A stretch of 64,000 nt of DNA, from NCBI GenBank assembly GCA_030390025.1, contig CM059432.1:36024001-36088000 (forward strand), given 5' to 3'. Source of the DNA: Squalus acanthias. Its lineage: Eukaryota. Shown one piece after another: positions 62,866 through 64,000 of this stretch. The position numbers were made by a program, and so were the translations under genes. The notes under the pieces are model-generated. The model saw only the letters and a program-made list of their open reading frames with translations. It was not told the DNA's origin and searched no databases. How positions within the stretch are numbered: the stretch's first letter is position 1; each line of letters begins with the position of its first letter.

Positions 62866-64000
62866 GCTCATTGTGGAGATGAAGTCCCATCTTCACACTG
62901 AGGACACCCTCCATCGTGTTGTGTGGCACTACCACCGTGCTAAATGGGATAGATTCAGAACAGATCTAGCAGCTCAAAACTGGGCATCCATGAGGTGCTG
63001 TGGGCCATCAGCAGCAACAGAATTGTATTCCACCACAATCTGTAACCTCATGGCCCGGCATATCCCTCACTCTACCATTACCATCAAGCCAGGGGACCAA
63101 CCCTGGTTCAATAAGGAGTGTAGAATAGCGTGCCAGGAGCAGCACCAGGCGTACCTAAAAATGAGGTGCCAACCTGGGGAAGCTACACCACAGGACTACA
63201 TGCATGCTAAAAAGCAGAAGCAGCATGTTATAGACAGGGCTAAGTGATCTCACAATCAACGGATCAGATCAAAGCTCTGCAGTCCTGACACATCCAGTCA
63301 TGAATGGTGGTGGACCATTAAACAACTAATGGGAGGAGGAGGCTCCATGAATATCCCCATCCTCAATGATGGTGGAGCCCAGCATGTGAGTGCAAAAGAC
63401 AAGGCTGAAGCGTTTGCAACCATCTTCAGCCAGAAGTGCCGAGAGGATGATCCATATCGGCCTACTCCCGAGGTCCCCACCGTCACAGAAGCCAGTCTTC
63501 AGCCAATTCAATTCACTCCACGTGATATCAAGAAATGCCTGAGCACACTGGATACAGCAAAGGCTATGGGCCCCAACAACATCCCGGCTATCGTGCTGAA
63601 GATTTGTGCTCCAGAACTAGCCGCGCCTCTAGCTAACCTGTTCCAGTACAGCTACAACACTGGCATCTACCCGACAAAGTAGAAAACAGCCCAGGTATGT
63701 CCTGTCCACAAAAAGCAGGACAAATCCAACCCAGCCAATTACCGCCCCATCAGTCTACTCTCAATCACCAGCAAAGTGATGGAAGGTGTCATCGACAATG
63801 CTATCAAGCGGCACTTACTCACCAATAAACTGCTCACTGATGCCCAGTTTGGGTTCCGCCAAGACCACTCGGCTCCCGGCCTCATTGCAGCCTTGGTCCA
63901 AACATGGACAAAGGAGCTGAATTCCAAAGGTGAGGTGAGAGTGACTGCCCTTGACATCAAGGCAGCATTTGACTGAGTGTGGCATCAAGGAGCCCTAGTA
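62866..64000 (+). mobile_element. Second copy of the same LINE in opposite orientation
   Basis: ORFs 62858-63247, 63329-63682 and 63776-63976 mirror 61385-62520. Confidence 0.82.

Overview
Repeat-dense vertebrate genomic DNA; the CR1/L2 LINEs and HE1-type and Deu-domain SINEs point to a cartilaginous fish (shark). One host gene spans the window on the + strand: a 7-coding-exon, 372-aa PLP/Zn-dependent fold-type III D-serine dehydratase (DSD1 / D-threo-3-hydroxyaspartate dehydratase-like), from ATG 1364 to TAG 51321. All its introns are GT-AG with matching phases. The most unusual content is a PIF/Harbinger DNA-transposon system. A 3.2-kb element with perfect 16-bp TIRs (42625-45838) sits in intron 6. 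It carries a spliced 3-exon Myb/SANT-like gene that is open except for one TGA, plus a convergent transposase-like stub lacking the catalytic core. A diverged relative (57741-59491) has the same stub junction. Several MITEs with 3-bp TSDs share the GGGCTGGATTTT-type termini. Most ORFs in the supplied track are retroelement fragments or low-complexity artefacts. Repeat family names come from recognising motifs, not from database searches, and repeat boundaries are approximate.
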